A program made the position numbers and the translations under genes. A stretch of 63,555 nt of DNA, the filler included, from Halorussus marinus (GTDB taxonomy: Archaea > Halobacteriota > Halobacteria > Halobacteriales > Haladaptataceae), in assembly GCF_004765795.1 (NCBI RefSeq). It is 4 parts of 4 records of this genome, joined end to end, with 100 filler letters (N's around TTAATTAATTAA, not from the genome) between each part and the next. Parts side by side here need not be neighbours in the genome. Positions count along the whole stretch, not along the records: positions 1 to 20,806 come from NZ_SBIV01000017.1; positions 20,907 to 39,333 come from NZ_SBIV01000018.1; 2 more parts are not named here. One strand, written 5' to 3'. Positions 11,216 to 22,172 of this stretch are shown here, piece by piece; the first letter of the stretch is position 1; the number at the start of each line of letters is the position of its first letter. The notes under the pieces are model-generated. The model was not told where the DNA came from. It saw only the letters and a list, made by a program, of their open reading frames with translations, and ran no database searches.

Positions 11216-11624
11216 AGTCTCCTATCTGGTGGTCAGTCCAAAAGTATTTCGACTGTGACCCTTATCCGCCCTTTCTGTCTCAATATCCCTCCCACCCATC
11301 ACCGGGCTGATGGTAACAACGGTACCGTGCTGACCCACCTGATGATGGTCGTTTCCAGATGAAACTTCGTTATGACTATCGCTGCTGTCGTTGGCATCGT
11401 TTCCGTCGCTACTCTCGCTCTCCTCATTGCCTGTCTCTTCCGCTATCTTCAGCCCAGTCCCTGACCCAATAGGTCCGAGGTACTTACGACGAAGTGTGTC
11501 TGTAGATGGCGTGTCTCGGTCGATGAGGTCTCTGTAACTACGGCAGGAAATTCCGGTGTTACTGGCTTGTGACTCAAGTCCGGGAAAAAGACTAAGTTGT
11601 TAGTCTGTGATTCAACGGTTGACG

Positions 11625-12794
11625 ATGTCGAGTGAATATATTGTGGTTGGCGGTGGAGTTTACGGAGCGGGAACTGCTTGGAAACTAGCAACGCAAGGGA
11701 AGGATGTGACGCTTCTTGAAGCGGATACCATAGCATGTGGCGCCTCTGGAGGCCTCGGAAAGCGCGGTGTACGAGCCAACGGCCGGGACCCCCGTGAACT
11801 CCCGTTGATGGAAATCGCGTACGACCTCTGGCCCGACCTTGCTGATGAAATCGGATACGAAACAGGATACGAACGAACGGGACACCTGTTACTGTACGAA
11901 CACGAAACAGGAGGTATCCAAGGCGGATTCGAGAGCGCACGTGCACGCCAGTCCGTTCAGAACGAACTCGGAGTACCCACCGAACGCCTTAGTGCGAAAG
12001 AAGTGGAGGAGATGGAACCACACATCACTGAAAATGTTGTCGGGGCGCTGTACTGCCCTAACGACGGTATCGCTGACCACACCGCAACGACGCGGGGACT
12101 AGCACGCGCGGCAGAAGACCACGGGGCCACAATCCACGAAAACACCCCGGTAACAGGGCTTGAACGGAACGGCAATCAAGTAACTGCAGTTCTATCCGAA
12201 GACAATCGGTTTGAGGTTGACGGAAAAGTCATCCTCCTCTCGAATACGCACGTCCCAGAGCTTGTCGAATCCGAACTCGATATTACGCTACCAATCTGGA
12301 AGATCAGCCCCCAAGTTATCTCTACCGAACCGATGGACGACGTTCCCGTGAAACATCTCATCGGACACGACCATCGCCGACTCGCTCTCAAAGAAATCTC
12401 CGACAATCGCGTGATGATCTCTGGTGGCTGGCGCGGCGAATGGGACGACGACGCCCAACAAGGAGTCACAGTTCAGGCACGTGTGGAGGGGAACGTGGCC
12501 GACGCCCGCACTGTTTTCCCTGCCTTGGAAGATGTGGAGGTTCAAGAAGCAGATGTTAGCCGACGCGAATCCGTTACCGTGGATCGGATCCCCGTCATCG
12601 ATACGCTCCCTGGAGCGGAGAACATGATTGTGGGAACTGGATGGAGCGGGCATGGCTTTGCAATTTCGCTTGCTGTCAATCAGCTTCTCGCAAAATGGGC
12701 TATTGAGGGATCGCGACCGGAGCTCCTAGCCCCCTTCACGGCCAATCGCTTTGCGGCAAACGCTGAATTGGAAGCGTCTTCGTATATCCGTTGA
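11625..12794 (+). CDS. FAD-dependent oxidoreductase, DAO/glycine-sarcosine oxidase family
   Basis: GGGVYG dinucleotide fold; TGWSGHGFA at the C-terminus. Confidence 0.88.
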   Translation: MSSEYIVVGGGVYGAGTAWKLATQGKDVTLLEADTIACGASGGLGKRGVRANGRDPRELPLMEIAYDLWPDLADEIGYETGYERTGHLLLYEHETGGIQGGFESARARQSVQNELGVPTERLSAKEVEEMEPHITENVVGALYCPNDGIADHTATTRGLARAAEDHGATIHENTPVTGLERNGNQVTAVLSEDNRFEVDGKVILLSNTHVPELVESELDITLPIWKISPQVISTEPMDDVPVKHLIGHDHRRLALKEISDNRVMISGGWRGEWDDDAQQGVTVQARVEGNVADARTVFPALEDVEVQEADVSRRESVTVDRIPVIDTLPGAENMIVGTGWSGHGFAISLAVNQLLAKWAIEGSRPELLAPFTANRFAANAELEASSYIR

Positions 12795-12795
12795 A

Positions 12796-14466
12796 ATGGA
12801 TATATTGACGCCATTTGCATCGTATAACCGGAATTGGGAACACTTCGACGACTTGTGTGAAACGTTTACCTGGCGCCTGCCATCTCGGTTTAATATCGGA
12901 CACCGAATCTGTGAGCGACAATCGGATTCACCCGACCGACCAGCGATCCGAACTGTTGGGCCGACTCAGCCAACAAAGACGTACACATACGGTCAGCTTG
13001 CGGAAGAAAGCAACCGATTCGCAAACTACCTTGCAGAAGTTGGTGTCGAATCCGGAGACCGGGTTGCGATTCAGACGACGCAGCGACCGGAAGTCGTCGT
13101 CGCTCATTTGGCGACATGGAAGCTAGGGGCGATTTCTGTCATCCTGAATCCCTTGCTTGGTCAAGAAGAGACGACATCACAGCTGACTCAGACCGGTGCA
13201 ACAGCAGGAGTCTTCGACTCGGCTGTGCTTGAGCCATCGTCGATTCCCGAGCAGTATGGGGACTCGCTTTCGGCCCTTGTGTTCCTTGATGATTCAGCAC
13301 CTACAGTTGGACAGTCGTATGAAAGAGCGATAAAACACCAGACGGCAGAGCCCCGTGCAACGGATACCGCACCTGATGATGACGCCTTCATCGTGTACAC
13401 GAGTGGAACAACCGGCGATCCAAAGGGCGTCGTGCATACCCATTCTACGCTAATCGGCCATCTTCCAACATTCTGCCTTACGTTTGCGAACCTGAGTCTC
13501 GAGGCCTCACAGAGATTCTGGACAGTTTCGAACTGGGCGTCAATCGCTCTCATGAGTAACGTGATGGCTCCCCTATTTGCAGGACGGACAGTCCTTGCAC
13601 ATGCTCGGACGAGTCGCTTCGATCCTGAGGAGGCACTCAAAATCGTTGCAGATCAGCAGGTGACGAATTTGAGTGCAAGTCCGACTGCCCTTCGGTTGAT
13701 GCAACAGGTTCCCAATATCCGTTCACGGAGTAACCTATCTGAGTTGAATATTATTACAACGGGTGGCGAAGAGGTTAGTGACTCACTCGTCGATTGGTGG
13801 GCAGAGTTGGATGTCATAGTTCATGAGGTCTATGGTCAAACAGAAGCGAACAACATCGTTGCGGACTGTAATGAGCTACTGGATATCCAATCAAACGCGA
13901 TAGGTTGTCCGATGCCTGGTCATGACGTAGCGATACTTGATCCCGAGAATCCTACCTCTGAAGTAGGGTGCGATAAAGTTGGAGAAATCGGAGTTCGGAT
14001 AGACGACCCGATCTGCTTTGACCGTTACTGGGAAAGCCCAGAACAAACCACAAAATCTGTGCAAGAAGGGTGGCTTCTCACAGGTGATTTGGGTGTCCAA
14101 AATAGGGATGGTGCGATATTCTTTAGGAGTCGGAAGGACGATGTGATTATCTCTTCAGGGCGCCGTATTGGACCGGCTGAAATTGAGACTGCATTAGCGA
14201 CCCATCCAGCCGTTATCAATGCCGGTGTCGTCGGCGTTGACGACGAGCTACGTGGTGAAATCCCAATCGCGTTTGTTGCGATACGTGACGAAGTTCAGCC
14301 GTCCGAACGGCTGGTTATGGAGTTACAGGAACATGTGAAAGAGCGGATGGCTAAGTACAAACACCCACGAGACATCGTATTCCTCGATTCAGTTCCCACG
14401 ACAAACACTGGAACCATTGCGAGAGGGGAACTCCGAGAAATCGCCGCCCAACAACGAGACACTTAA
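12796..14466 (+). CDS. Acyl-CoA synthetase (AMP-forming)
   Basis: YTSGTTGDPKG, YGQTE, TGDLG, RKDDVIISSGRRIGPAEIE. Confidence 0.9.
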   Translation: MDILTPFASYNRNWEHFDDLCETFTWRLPSRFNIGHRICERQSDSPDRPAIRTVGPTQPTKTYTYGQLAEESNRFANYLAEVGVESGDRVAIQTTQRPEVVVAHLATWKLGAISVILNPLLGQEETTSQLTQTGATAGVFDSAVLEPSSIPEQYGDSLSALVFLDDSAPTVGQSYERAIKHQTAEPRATDTAPDDDAFIVYTSGTTGDPKGVVHTHSTLIGHLPTFCLTFANLSLEASQRFWTVSNWASIALMSNVMAPLFAGRTVLAHARTSRFDPEEALKIVADQQVTNLSASPTALRLMQQVPNIRSRSNLSELNIITTGGEEVSDSLVDWWAELDVIVHEVYGQTEANNIVADCNELLDIQSNAIGCPMPGHDVAILDPENPTSEVGCDKVGEIGVRIDDPICFDRYWESPEQTTKSVQEGWLLTGDLGVQNRDGAIFFRSRKDDVIISSGRRIGPAEIETALATHPAVINAGVVGVDDELRGEIPIAFVAIRDEVQPSERLVMELQEHVKERMAKYKHPRDIVFLDSVPTTNTGTIARGELREIAAQQRDT

Positions 14467-14469
14467 TCT

Positions 14470-15849
14470 CAGTCGATCACATCGGGTTAGAGGAAGTGTC
14501 TGCTTTGGGAGGATGTGCAACAACCCGAAGCAGACAGCGAGATAGAGGAAGAGCACCTGCTTAATTTTGTCGTCAACAGCCTTGACGAAGAACTTGCGAT
14601 AGGTCTCGGCGAGAACGTCGAAGTCACCACAGAGAAACTGTATGAGGTCCTCGCCGGCGCCAGCGCCGGCGGGACCTCAATCAACCACGTCTGCGAAACG
14701 ACAGACGACTCACCGCACGCCAACACCGTCCGGGGACATCTCACCGATCAGTTCGACCTTGACACTGTTGAGGCGGTTGGAGACACGCTCCTCCAACGAG
14801 ATGCGGTTGAGACACTCCCGGATCGGCCGGTGGAGGTCGTCGCCGACCTCCACCTCGATCCCTACTACGGTGACGAAGACGAGACAGAAGCGCTGTACTT
14901 CTCGGAAGCGAAACGCGGAACAACGGCGTTCCACGCGTATGCGACTCTCTACGCGCGGGTACGCAACAAGCGGTACACGCTGGCGGTGCGCCAGCTTGTC
15001 GCTGGCGACACCACCAGCGATGTCCTCGCTGAGTTTCTTGAACTCCTCGACGGCCTTGACCTCGGCGTCAAGGCCGTCTACCTTGATCGCGGATTCTACA
15101 ACAGCACCTGTCTCGGACTGCTGTACGCGCACAACTACGCCTACGTGATGCCGATCGTCAAGTGGGGCGAGACGATTCAGGAAGAACTGAGCAGAGGCTG
15201 GAGCCGCGAGATCGAACACGATCTCGCCGGCGAGGTGACGTTTCCTGTGTTCATCGATTGCGTCTACCAGCAAGGACGATACGACGAACACGGGGTGGCG
15301 CGTCACGGCTACGCCGCTGACGCGCCGTTTATCGACACGCCGCGGGATGCACGGGAACACTACAGCAAGCGCTTCGGCATCGAGTCAAGCTACCGCTTAG
15401 CCAAGCAGAGCCTCGCGTTCACCAGTTCTCAGGACGCTGGGCTGCGGCTGGTGATGTTTGTCGTGAGCCTGCTGCTGCAGAACAGCTGGCGGTATCTTCA
15501 CTGGCGGTACGTGGCGGCGCCCCGCCGCGGGGGGCGCCGCCTCTGGCAATGGTCGTTCACTGAGTTCTGTGAGATGGTGCTGCGGGCCGCTTGGACAGCG
15601 CTTGGTGTGCGCAGGGCTGTTCCAGCGAATCAGCCACTCAACGACCGGTTCTTCCGGTAGGGTAGCTGTCCACCGGTCCGGACAGCTGTCGTGAGTGGCG
15701 ACGCTGTCGCGTCGGCGGCAGTCCGCCGCCGACAGCGACGTTCCATCCCGAAGATTACACTCACCAGCGCTTCGAAGACGCTCCACAACCAGTTCGATCT
15801 GATTCACCGCCACCAGACAAGATTACGCGGCCGCCGATGTGATCGACTG
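14470..15849 (+). mobile_element. ISH3-family IS, complete (transposase 14515-15660)
   Basis: 16-bp IRs cagtcgatcacatcgg / ccgatgtgatcgactg; 5-bp TSD aatct (14465-14469, 15850-15854); LDRGF and YSKRFGIESSYR motifs. Confidence 0.92.
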
Positions 15850-16603
15850 AATCTCGAACAGTAGTGGCCTGTCCGATGGATTGTTTTCTCCGAGCTTCTT
15901 CGAGGGTATCTCCTATTTGCTCGGTCTCTGCAGAACGGAGAATCGCCAGTAACCGTTCGCTGACGTTCTGGTTCGCATCGAGATCTGCAATCAAGTCCGC
16001 CATATCTCGCGCCACATCATCGACGGTCTCCGCGGGTGCGACTCGGTTCACCAGCCCACTATTTTTCGCCTCCTTAGCAGTAAGCGTTCGGTGTTTCCCA
16101 AGAAGCAGTAGTTCAAGAGCTAAGGGAGTACCAATCTCGTTTTTTAGGTATGTTGCTAATTCAAGCGGTACCAATCCGTAGTTGCCCCCGGCCCACCAAA
16201 TTTCGATATCGTTGCTAACGATGCGGAGATCGGCAATCCAGCACAGGAGGCTTGCCCCAGCACCAATTGCCGCACCCTTCGCGCCAACAATGACGGGAAT
16301 TTTGTGACTCCGAAGGAGTTCGTACGCTTGATTGTACTGGTCAAGCATCTCGTTTCGATCTGATTCGTTCTCACTCTCCATCAGACTACGGTCTGCTCCG
16401 GCACAGAAAACAGGCCCATCAGCGGTTATAACGAGTGTTTTTGTCCCGTCTCGGTTAACCGCTTGAGATGTTAGCTCTAATAAATCCTGTGTGAGGCCGA
16501 GCGAGAAGCAGTTGCGCTTTTCTGAATCTGTAAATCGTAGTTCCGCAACGGGTCCATCGAGCCGGAGTTCTACTTTTCCATGAGGGCCTTCTTGGATAGG
16601 CAT
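15761..16603 (-). CDS. Enoyl-CoA hydratase/isomerase (crotonase) family protein; last 29 aa IS-derived
   Basis: VFCAGAD, AKGAAIGAG, LTAKEAKNSGLVNRV. Confidence 0.8.
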   Translation of the reverse strand: MPIQEGPHGKVELRLDGPVAELRFTDSEKRNCFSLGLTQDLLELTSQAVNRDGTKTLVITADGPVFCAGADRSLMESENESDRNEMLDQYNQAYELLRSHKIPVIVGAKGAAIGAGASLLCWIADLRIVSNDIEIWWAGGNYGLVPLELATYLKNEIGTPLALELLLLGKHRTLTAKEAKNSGLVNRVAPAETVDDVARDMADLIADLDANQNVSERLLAILRSAETEQIGDTLEEARRKQSIGQATTVRDSVDHIGGRVILSGGGESDRTGCGASSKRW

Positions 16604-16733
16604 ATGTCTCGGTCAGGTCGTCAGGTGGTAAAAATGTACCTGAGAATCAAAACGTGGCGCTCGAAAAATTCCACACCTAATAAGAACGTATTTTTCCATA
16701 AAAATAAATAGTTGGAAAGAGACCGGTCTATTT

Positions 16734-17918
16734 GTGTCCACACGATACAGTATCATCGGTGGTGGAATCGTTGGTGCAAGCATTGCATATCATCTGAGCA
16801 AACGAACCAACGAAGATATCGTCCTCTTTGAGCGTCAGTCCCCGGCCTCCGAGACGACCTACAAATCAGTCGCCCAGTATGGTTTCTATGGTGATGAGAC
16901 ACAATATCGGATGAAGAAGTACGGGATGCGACTGTACAATGAGTTTTTCGACGATCCCCGGGCGAATCCACGCTATCACTATGCCGGCCTTCTTGTTGCA
17001 GCAACCGAACAGGCGGATGCAGAACAACTCGAAGCAGTTGTTGAAACCGAGGGTGAAGAGTCAATTGGGAAAATCGGAAAGGGATTCGATCGAGATCTTC
17101 TCGAGTATCTCCCGGGAGATGAGATAGAAGATACCCTACTACTACCGCCAGTCGAGACAGATGCTATCGAGGGAGCACTCTACCGTCCGAAAGTCGGCTA
17201 CATGAGCCGTCCTCAGGAGCTAGCATACGAATTCCTAGAACGAGCCAAAGAGAATGGCGCAACGATTCGGCAGGGGACTCCCGTCAAAGAGATTACGACG
17301 AAAAACGGACGAGTCACAGGAGTTGTTACAGAGGACGGGGAAGCAATCGAGTCGGAAGAGGTCATCTGTGCTGCGGGACCGTGGAATATCGAGCTTGCGG
17401 AGTCTGTTGGTGTCGAGATTCCTGTTAAACATACGATTGCACCGGTTCTACAGCTTCGTCCGCAAAAGCCAATTGAATACGACATCCCGATCGTCTCCCA
17501 TTACGGATCTCCATACTCGTTCCATCGGCGGTCCGAAGAGGAATTGCTTATCGGATATAATCCGGGCTACGAAGCCGCAACGCGCTTCGATCCGAATACC
17601 ATGAGCGAGACTGTCCCAGAAGAGATTCGAGACGAAGGTATCCAGCTACTTTCCGAGCTCATTCCAGGGTGGTTGGATGCAGACGTCGTCGAACAATGGG
17701 TTGGAGTTCGCTCGCAGACGCCCGATGGCAATCCAATCGTTGGATGGACAGAGCTCGAAGGATTCTCCATTGCTGCGTTCCATACTTCCGGTATTCAGCT
17801 TGCACCGGCAGTTGGAAAAATGATTACTTCACAGCTCCTTGACAACGAGCCAACCTCATATTATGATGCTCTATCGATCAAACGCTTCGACGGGTACGAC
17901 GACCATCACCCTGAATAG
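16734..17918 (+). CDS. FAD-dependent oxidoreductase, DAO family
   Basis: IIGGGIVG, CAAGPW, WVGVRSQTPDGNPIVG, SGIQLAPAVG. Confidence 0.88.
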   Translation: MSTRYSIIGGGIVGASIAYHLSKRTNEDIVLFERQSPASETTYKSVAQYGFYGDETQYRMKKYGMRLYNEFFDDPRANPRYHYAGLLVAATEQADAEQLEAVVETEGEESIGKIGKGFDRDLLEYLPGDEIEDTLLLPPVETDAIEGALYRPKVGYMSRPQELAYEFLERAKENGATIRQGTPVKEITTKNGRVTGVVTEDGEAIESEEVICAAGPWNIELAESVGVEIPVKHTIAPVLQLRPQKPIEYDIPIVSHYGSPYSFHRRSEEELLIGYNPGYEAATRFDPNTMSETVPEEIRDEGIQLLSELIPGWLDADVVEQWVGVRSQTPDGNPIVGWTELEGFSIAAFHTSGIQLAPAVGKMITSQLLDNEPTSYYDALSIKRFDGYDDHHPE

Positions 17919-18121
17919 GCGCTTGGCACCGGTTGCGGCCATCCGTCTGGAAGCAGTATTCATTGAGAATTACAACATCTTCGCCTGGAGAAGATAGAAG
18001 AGTAACACAAACCGCGAGATTGGTTTATTTAGCACCGATGGATTCTAAGGGGGCATCAGAGAGCCCGGAGCTAAGTCGGCGGGAGGGAATATTTATATAG
18101 GGTCATTTGCCATTGTATAGT

Positions 18122-19276
18122 ATGCGAATTGGAATCATTGGTGGAGGCATCTATGGTACTGCTATTGCCTACTTCCTCCAAGAACTCGGTGATGTCGAAG
18201 TAGCACTGTTTGAGCGGCAGGAAATTGGCGGTAAGTCAACGAGCCGTTCAGCAGGGATTGTTCGCCACCATTACGCGAGACAAGGGCATATCAAACTCGC
18301 AAAACGAGGTCGGGAAATCCTAGAGAATCTGGAAACGTATGTTGGCCAGAAAGGTGGATTCCGTCAGAACGGTTACCTCGCTCTCACGGGAGAAAAAAAT
18401 GAAGAGCTGTTTCACGAAACCATTGAGAAGCAAAAGCAGATCGGTCTTGATGTCAGGCTAGTTGAGCCAAGTGAATTAGGCAATTACATCCCTGGTATCG
18501 ATTCGTCTGGGGTTACCGCAGCGGCATTCGAGCGAGAAGCAGGATTCGCAGATCCGTATCTCGTCGCACAGGGCTTCTCAAAGGCTGCTCAAGAGTCGGG
18601 TGCCGACCTGCGTTCACGAACAGAAGTAACGGACATCGAAATAGACAGAGGGGTTGTCACGGCAGTCGAAACAACAAATGGAACCGAAGAGGTTGATTTC
18701 CTTGTTAACGCAGCTGGCCCATGGGGAGCAGAAGTCGGGCAAATGGTCGGTCTGGACATCCCGCTCACATGGTATGAGTCGAAAGCCGTCGTGCTCTCCT
18801 CGACAAACCCGTACGATATTGAGACCCCCACACTTTCTGATTCACTACAACAAATGTATGTCAAACCTGAGCCAGGTGGAGACTTCATTGTCGGAGGCAT
18901 TGATCGTCCGGAAATCGACCGCGACGTCGGCCTAGAAGGAATCACGATTGACTATCTTAATCAGGTCCAAAAGGCGTTGAAACGCCGGATGTCTACCCAC
19001 GCTGATGCAGAGGTGATTGAATCGTGGTCGGGGATTATTACAGCCACCCCTGATTGGTACCAAATAGTCGGGGTTCCAGACGGATACGAGAATTTCTACA
19101 ACATCGTCGGTGGAAGCGGCCACGGGTTCAAGGAAGCACCGGGATTCGCTGAATCTATTGCTCAAGAGATACTGGGGAACGAACCCAACTACGATCTCAG
19201 TCCATACCGTCTCGAACGATACGAGGAAGGTGAACTTCTTAGTGATTTAGAGATGGCAAGGAAGAAAAACGACTAA
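18122..19276 (+). CDS. FAD-dependent oxidoreductase, sarcosine oxidase beta-like
   Basis: IIGGGIYG, STSRSAGIVRHHY, NAAGPW, GGSGHGFKEAP. Confidence 0.88.
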   Translation: MRIGIIGGGIYGTAIAYFLQELGDVEVALFERQEIGGKSTSRSAGIVRHHYARQGHIKLAKRGREILENLETYVGQKGGFRQNGYLALTGEKNEELFHETIEKQKQIGLDVRLVEPSELGNYIPGIDSSGVTAAAFEREAGFADPYLVAQGFSKAAQESGADLRSRTEVTDIEIDRGVVTAVETTNGTEEVDFLVNAAGPWGAEVGQMVGLDIPLTWYESKAVVLSSTNPYDIETPTLSDSLQQMYVKPEPGGDFIVGGIDRPEIDRDVGLEGITIDYLNQVQKALKRRMSTHADAEVIESWSGIITATPDWYQIVGVPDGYENFYNIVGGSGHGFKEAPGFAESIAQEILGNEPNYDLSPYRLERYEEGELLSDLEMARKKND

Positions 19277-19415
19277 AGAGGCGGATAAGGCGTGAAGTAG
19301 CAATAGATTCAACTGAGTACTTGACTTCCTGGAGTCCATTCGGGCAATTGTTGGTGCTGCAAAACCCGTCGGAATGTAATGCGGCTAGCAGGAGAGTGCG
19401 GTGATGCCGCTCATA

Positions 19416-20615
19416 TCACCGGTAATCACCGTATCCTTCAAACCGAGAGACAGAGACCGATTCATAATACGCAGTTGGCTCATCGTGAACCACCTGGTTT
19501 GCGATTATCTTACCAGCACACGGAGAGAGCTGTATCCCAGACGCATTGAACGACGCAACTGAGAGTCCCTGAATCGACGTCCAACCTATGATCGGTTCCG
19601 TATCAGGAGTTAACGATCGAACACCAACCCATTCATCGACAACGTTAGCACCTTCGAGATAGGGAAGTAACGATTTTGCCACTTCCAGCCCTTCGCTTCT
19701 GAGTTCTTCGGGGACCGTGTTCGTTACGTCGCCAGGGTCATACTCCGTCCCCGCAGATTCGTAACTGCCGGGGTTGTTCCCCAGAAAGACAGTTCCATCG
19801 GGATTCTGGCGCATATAATACCCAGTTTCTTCATGTTTCAAGCTAAAGAGAGAATGAGGACTCTCTTTTTGGGGCTGTAACACGAGCATCGGTCCGAGCG
19901 TATGCTTAAGCGGCAGATCGATTCCAACCGCTCGAAGGATGTTCTTATTCCATGGCCCGGCCGTGCAGATGACCTCGTCAGTCTCTATTTCTTCACCATC
20001 AACGATGAGGCCGCTCACGCGTCCACCCTTCGTAACAATCTCCGTCACTTCCCGTCCCGTTTCAAAGCTCACCCCGTTTTCACGTGCGCGAAGCACAAAC
20101 TCCTGTGCGGCCTGTCTGGCTGGCCAAAGATGTCCAAGGTTCCCACTATACGTTGCGCCCATAACCGGCCCAAGCTCGAGTTCTGGCAGCAAAAAAGAAC
20201 CTGCAAGCCTATTACTAGGTAGGTATTGGACTGGCGACCGTCTCATACCCGTCGTAATCCCTTCTTCTTCAATCGTTGCTCCGAGGTTCTGTTTGAATCT
20301 CTCGCGTAGGTTAGCGACACCGTCATCAGTTGTCGCCACCTGCAACCTTGGCGAGAAGTGATACGAAAGATTCGTTTGAGCATCGTCGAGGAACCTATTG
20401 TAGAGTCGCATTGAATAGTCCATCATCTGCAGTCGCCCCGGTGGCTCATGGCCCCAGTATCCAACGAATGCCCCAGATTTGTTTGTGGTCTCCATGCTAA
20501 GTTTATCCCGTTGCTCGTAGACGGTTACTGGCCGATCCGTCTCCTTACTCAAGTGGTAAGCGACACTCGCTCCAGTAATACCGCCACCGATTACGCTAAT
20601 GCCAGGTTCAGTCAT
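19416..20615 (-). CDS. FAD-dependent oxidoreductase, DAO family (paralogue of 16734-17918)
   Basis: VIGGGITG, CTAGPW, WVGVRSLTPD.EPIIG, SGIQLSPCAG. Confidence 0.88.
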   Translation of the reverse strand: MTEPGISVIGGGITGASVAYHLSKETDRPVTVYEQRDKLSMETTNKSGAFVGYWGHEPPGRLQMMDYSMRLYNRFLDDAQTNLSYHFSPRLQVATTDDGVANLRERFKQNLGATIEEEGITTGMRRSPVQYLPSNRLAGSFLLPELELGPVMGATYSGNLGHLWPARQAAQEFVLRARENGVSFETGREVTEIVTKGGRVSGLIVDGEEIETDEVICTAGPWNKNILRAVGIDLPLKHTLGPMLVLQPQKESPHSLFSLKHEETGYYMRQNPDGTVFLGNNPGSYESAGTEYDPGDVTNTVPEELRSEGLEVAKSLLPYLEGANVVDEWVGVRSLTPDTEPIIGWTSIQGLSVASFNASGIQLSPCAGKIIANQVVHDEPTAYYESVSVSRFEGYGDYR

Positions 20616-20654
20616 TCGATACTCATGTCCAATAGCTAATGATACATAACGATA

Positions 20655-20806
20655 GAGGGTGTCATAGAACGATTACCACGAGGGTGTCATAGAACGAGTA
20701 GCACACCAAAGAGCAGGGTGAACGCTGAGGTGGATGAGTTCAGCGACCCTGCAAGATGATCCTTCGGTAGAGTCGTTCTTCAATGTCGCGGAGACCGAGA
20801 CGCTAG
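20655..20806 (+). mobile_element. Doubled left end of ISH11-like IS (contig edge)
   Basis: gagggtgtcatagaac at 20655 and again at 20680, then the transposase start MSSATLQDDPSVESFFNV. Confidence 0.85.
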
Positions 20807-20906
20807 NNNNNNNNNNNNNNNNNNNNNNNNNNNNNNNNNNNNNNNNNNNNTTAATTAATTAANNNNNNNNNNNNNNNNNNNNNNNNNNNNNNNNNNNNNN
20901 NNNNNN
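20807..20906. other. Artificial contig spacer
   Basis: N run with a central TTAATTAATTAA (stops in all six frames); identical spacers at 39334-39433 and 55239-55338. Confidence 0.97.
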
Positions 20907-21032
20907 CTTCGCCGTGCGAGCGCGGTCATGGTTTCGTGAGTTCCGCGAGATCGCGCTGATGTGTGTCGTCTATAACATCAAACGCTTCGTCAAACAGTGA
21001 ATCTCTCCGCCTTACAGCGATTCAACACAGCC
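20907..21032 (+). mobile_element. 3' end of IS5-family element (contig edge)
   Basis: Identical to 1-126. Confidence 0.85.
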
Positions 21033-21623
21033 GGTAAAAGTGGATTTTACTCTCGCCATCAGCATCGTCATCGTTTCTGCCATCCCGTATTTGGTGGTCT
21101 CGGTTTGCTCAGGCTACAAAGGCCACGAGCCGCCGCGTGACAGTCGTCACCGCAGCGGCTCATCCCGACCGGGCCGTACCCGCTGGAAAGGACGCCACGG
21201 CGATCAACTAACGCTCGTCGCGGCAAGCCGCGACGTGCTACGAGTTATTCGTGGCCAGCTTGGCATCCAGTACGAGACGGACTTAGAACCGGTAATGCTG
21301 GAGGCTGAAGACCTCTCCCAGCCGCTGGGAGAGGTCTGGACAGACGGGCTGCAAGCCTACCGTCAAATGGAGTTCGACCACAAAATCGTGGTTCACGATG
21401 AGACGTACGTTTCGCCCGAAGGCGCCCACATTAACCAGGTCGAGTGTCTGTTTTCGGTGGTCAAACCATGGTTGTGAAAGTTTCGCGGCCTGTCCAAGCG
21501 TGGCTTGGAACAGGCCGCTCACACTTTCGGCATCGTTCGCTCGTTCAACCTCGTCGGCGCATCCCTCGAAATCCTCGTCGACAGCCTCGCTATGGGGTCA
21601 CTCCTCAGCTTTGAATAAGAGCG
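21033..21623 (+). pseudogene. Degenerate IS1595 (ISH4-like) transposase remnant
   Basis: WTDGLQAY..VVHDETYV..AHINQVECLFS, premature TGA at 21475, FRGLSK continues; ends ...gaataagagcg. Confidence 0.75.
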
Positions 21624-21725
21624 ACATCGGTACCGTCAATACTGACTGAAGATGAGTTCCCCCAATTCTGTCCTCGTTGATCGGCCTACGAGTGAGACAC
21701 TACTCGTTAGGTAGAAACTCGTCAG

Positions 21726-22172
21726 TCAGAGTCTCCCGACATCTTCGGGAACGAGTGTGAATCCGAGTGTTCGAAAGTCACTATCGAATGCAAAGATGTG
21801 GTTGATGTCGCGGCTTCCAGCGAGGACGCTACTGGTGTGGTCAACGAACGAGATCTGGTGGTCGTCGTACTGGGCGAACTCATCACAGGCTGCATTGAAT
21901 GCAGGTTTATCCACGGGAAGGATGTTGAAGCTCTCAGACGCTCGGATGGTCTCAAGTGTCTCGACGGCTTCAGCGTGCCCGACCTTCCGCAGTATCAACG
22001 TCGTGAGTTCTGAGAGAACTGACCGACTCGTGTAGAGCGGACGGTATGGGAGGTCGCCAACGGCAATCGCATCGAATACGTCTCGAGCGCGGTCGTGGCG
22101 TTTGGCCTGCTCGTAGGCCCACGCGAAGAACGCGCCTGTATCGATGAACAACGGGGTTGCACCCTATACCAT
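21726..22172 (-). pseudogene. vapC: PIN-domain (VapC-like) toxin with a nonsense codon at position 3
   Basis: FIDTGAF, ISFVDHTS, FAFDSDF. The coupled start reads ATG GTA TAG, whereas the copy at 51548 reads ATG ACG CAG. Confidence 0.8.

Noticed and set aside
20807..20906. TTAATTAATTAA palindrome repeated three times in the window
   Set aside because: Embedded in N runs; an assembly spacer, not biology.
22164..22166. In-frame TAG as pyrrolysine recoding
   Set aside because: No pyl genes in view, and the paralogue has CAG; a simple transition explains it.
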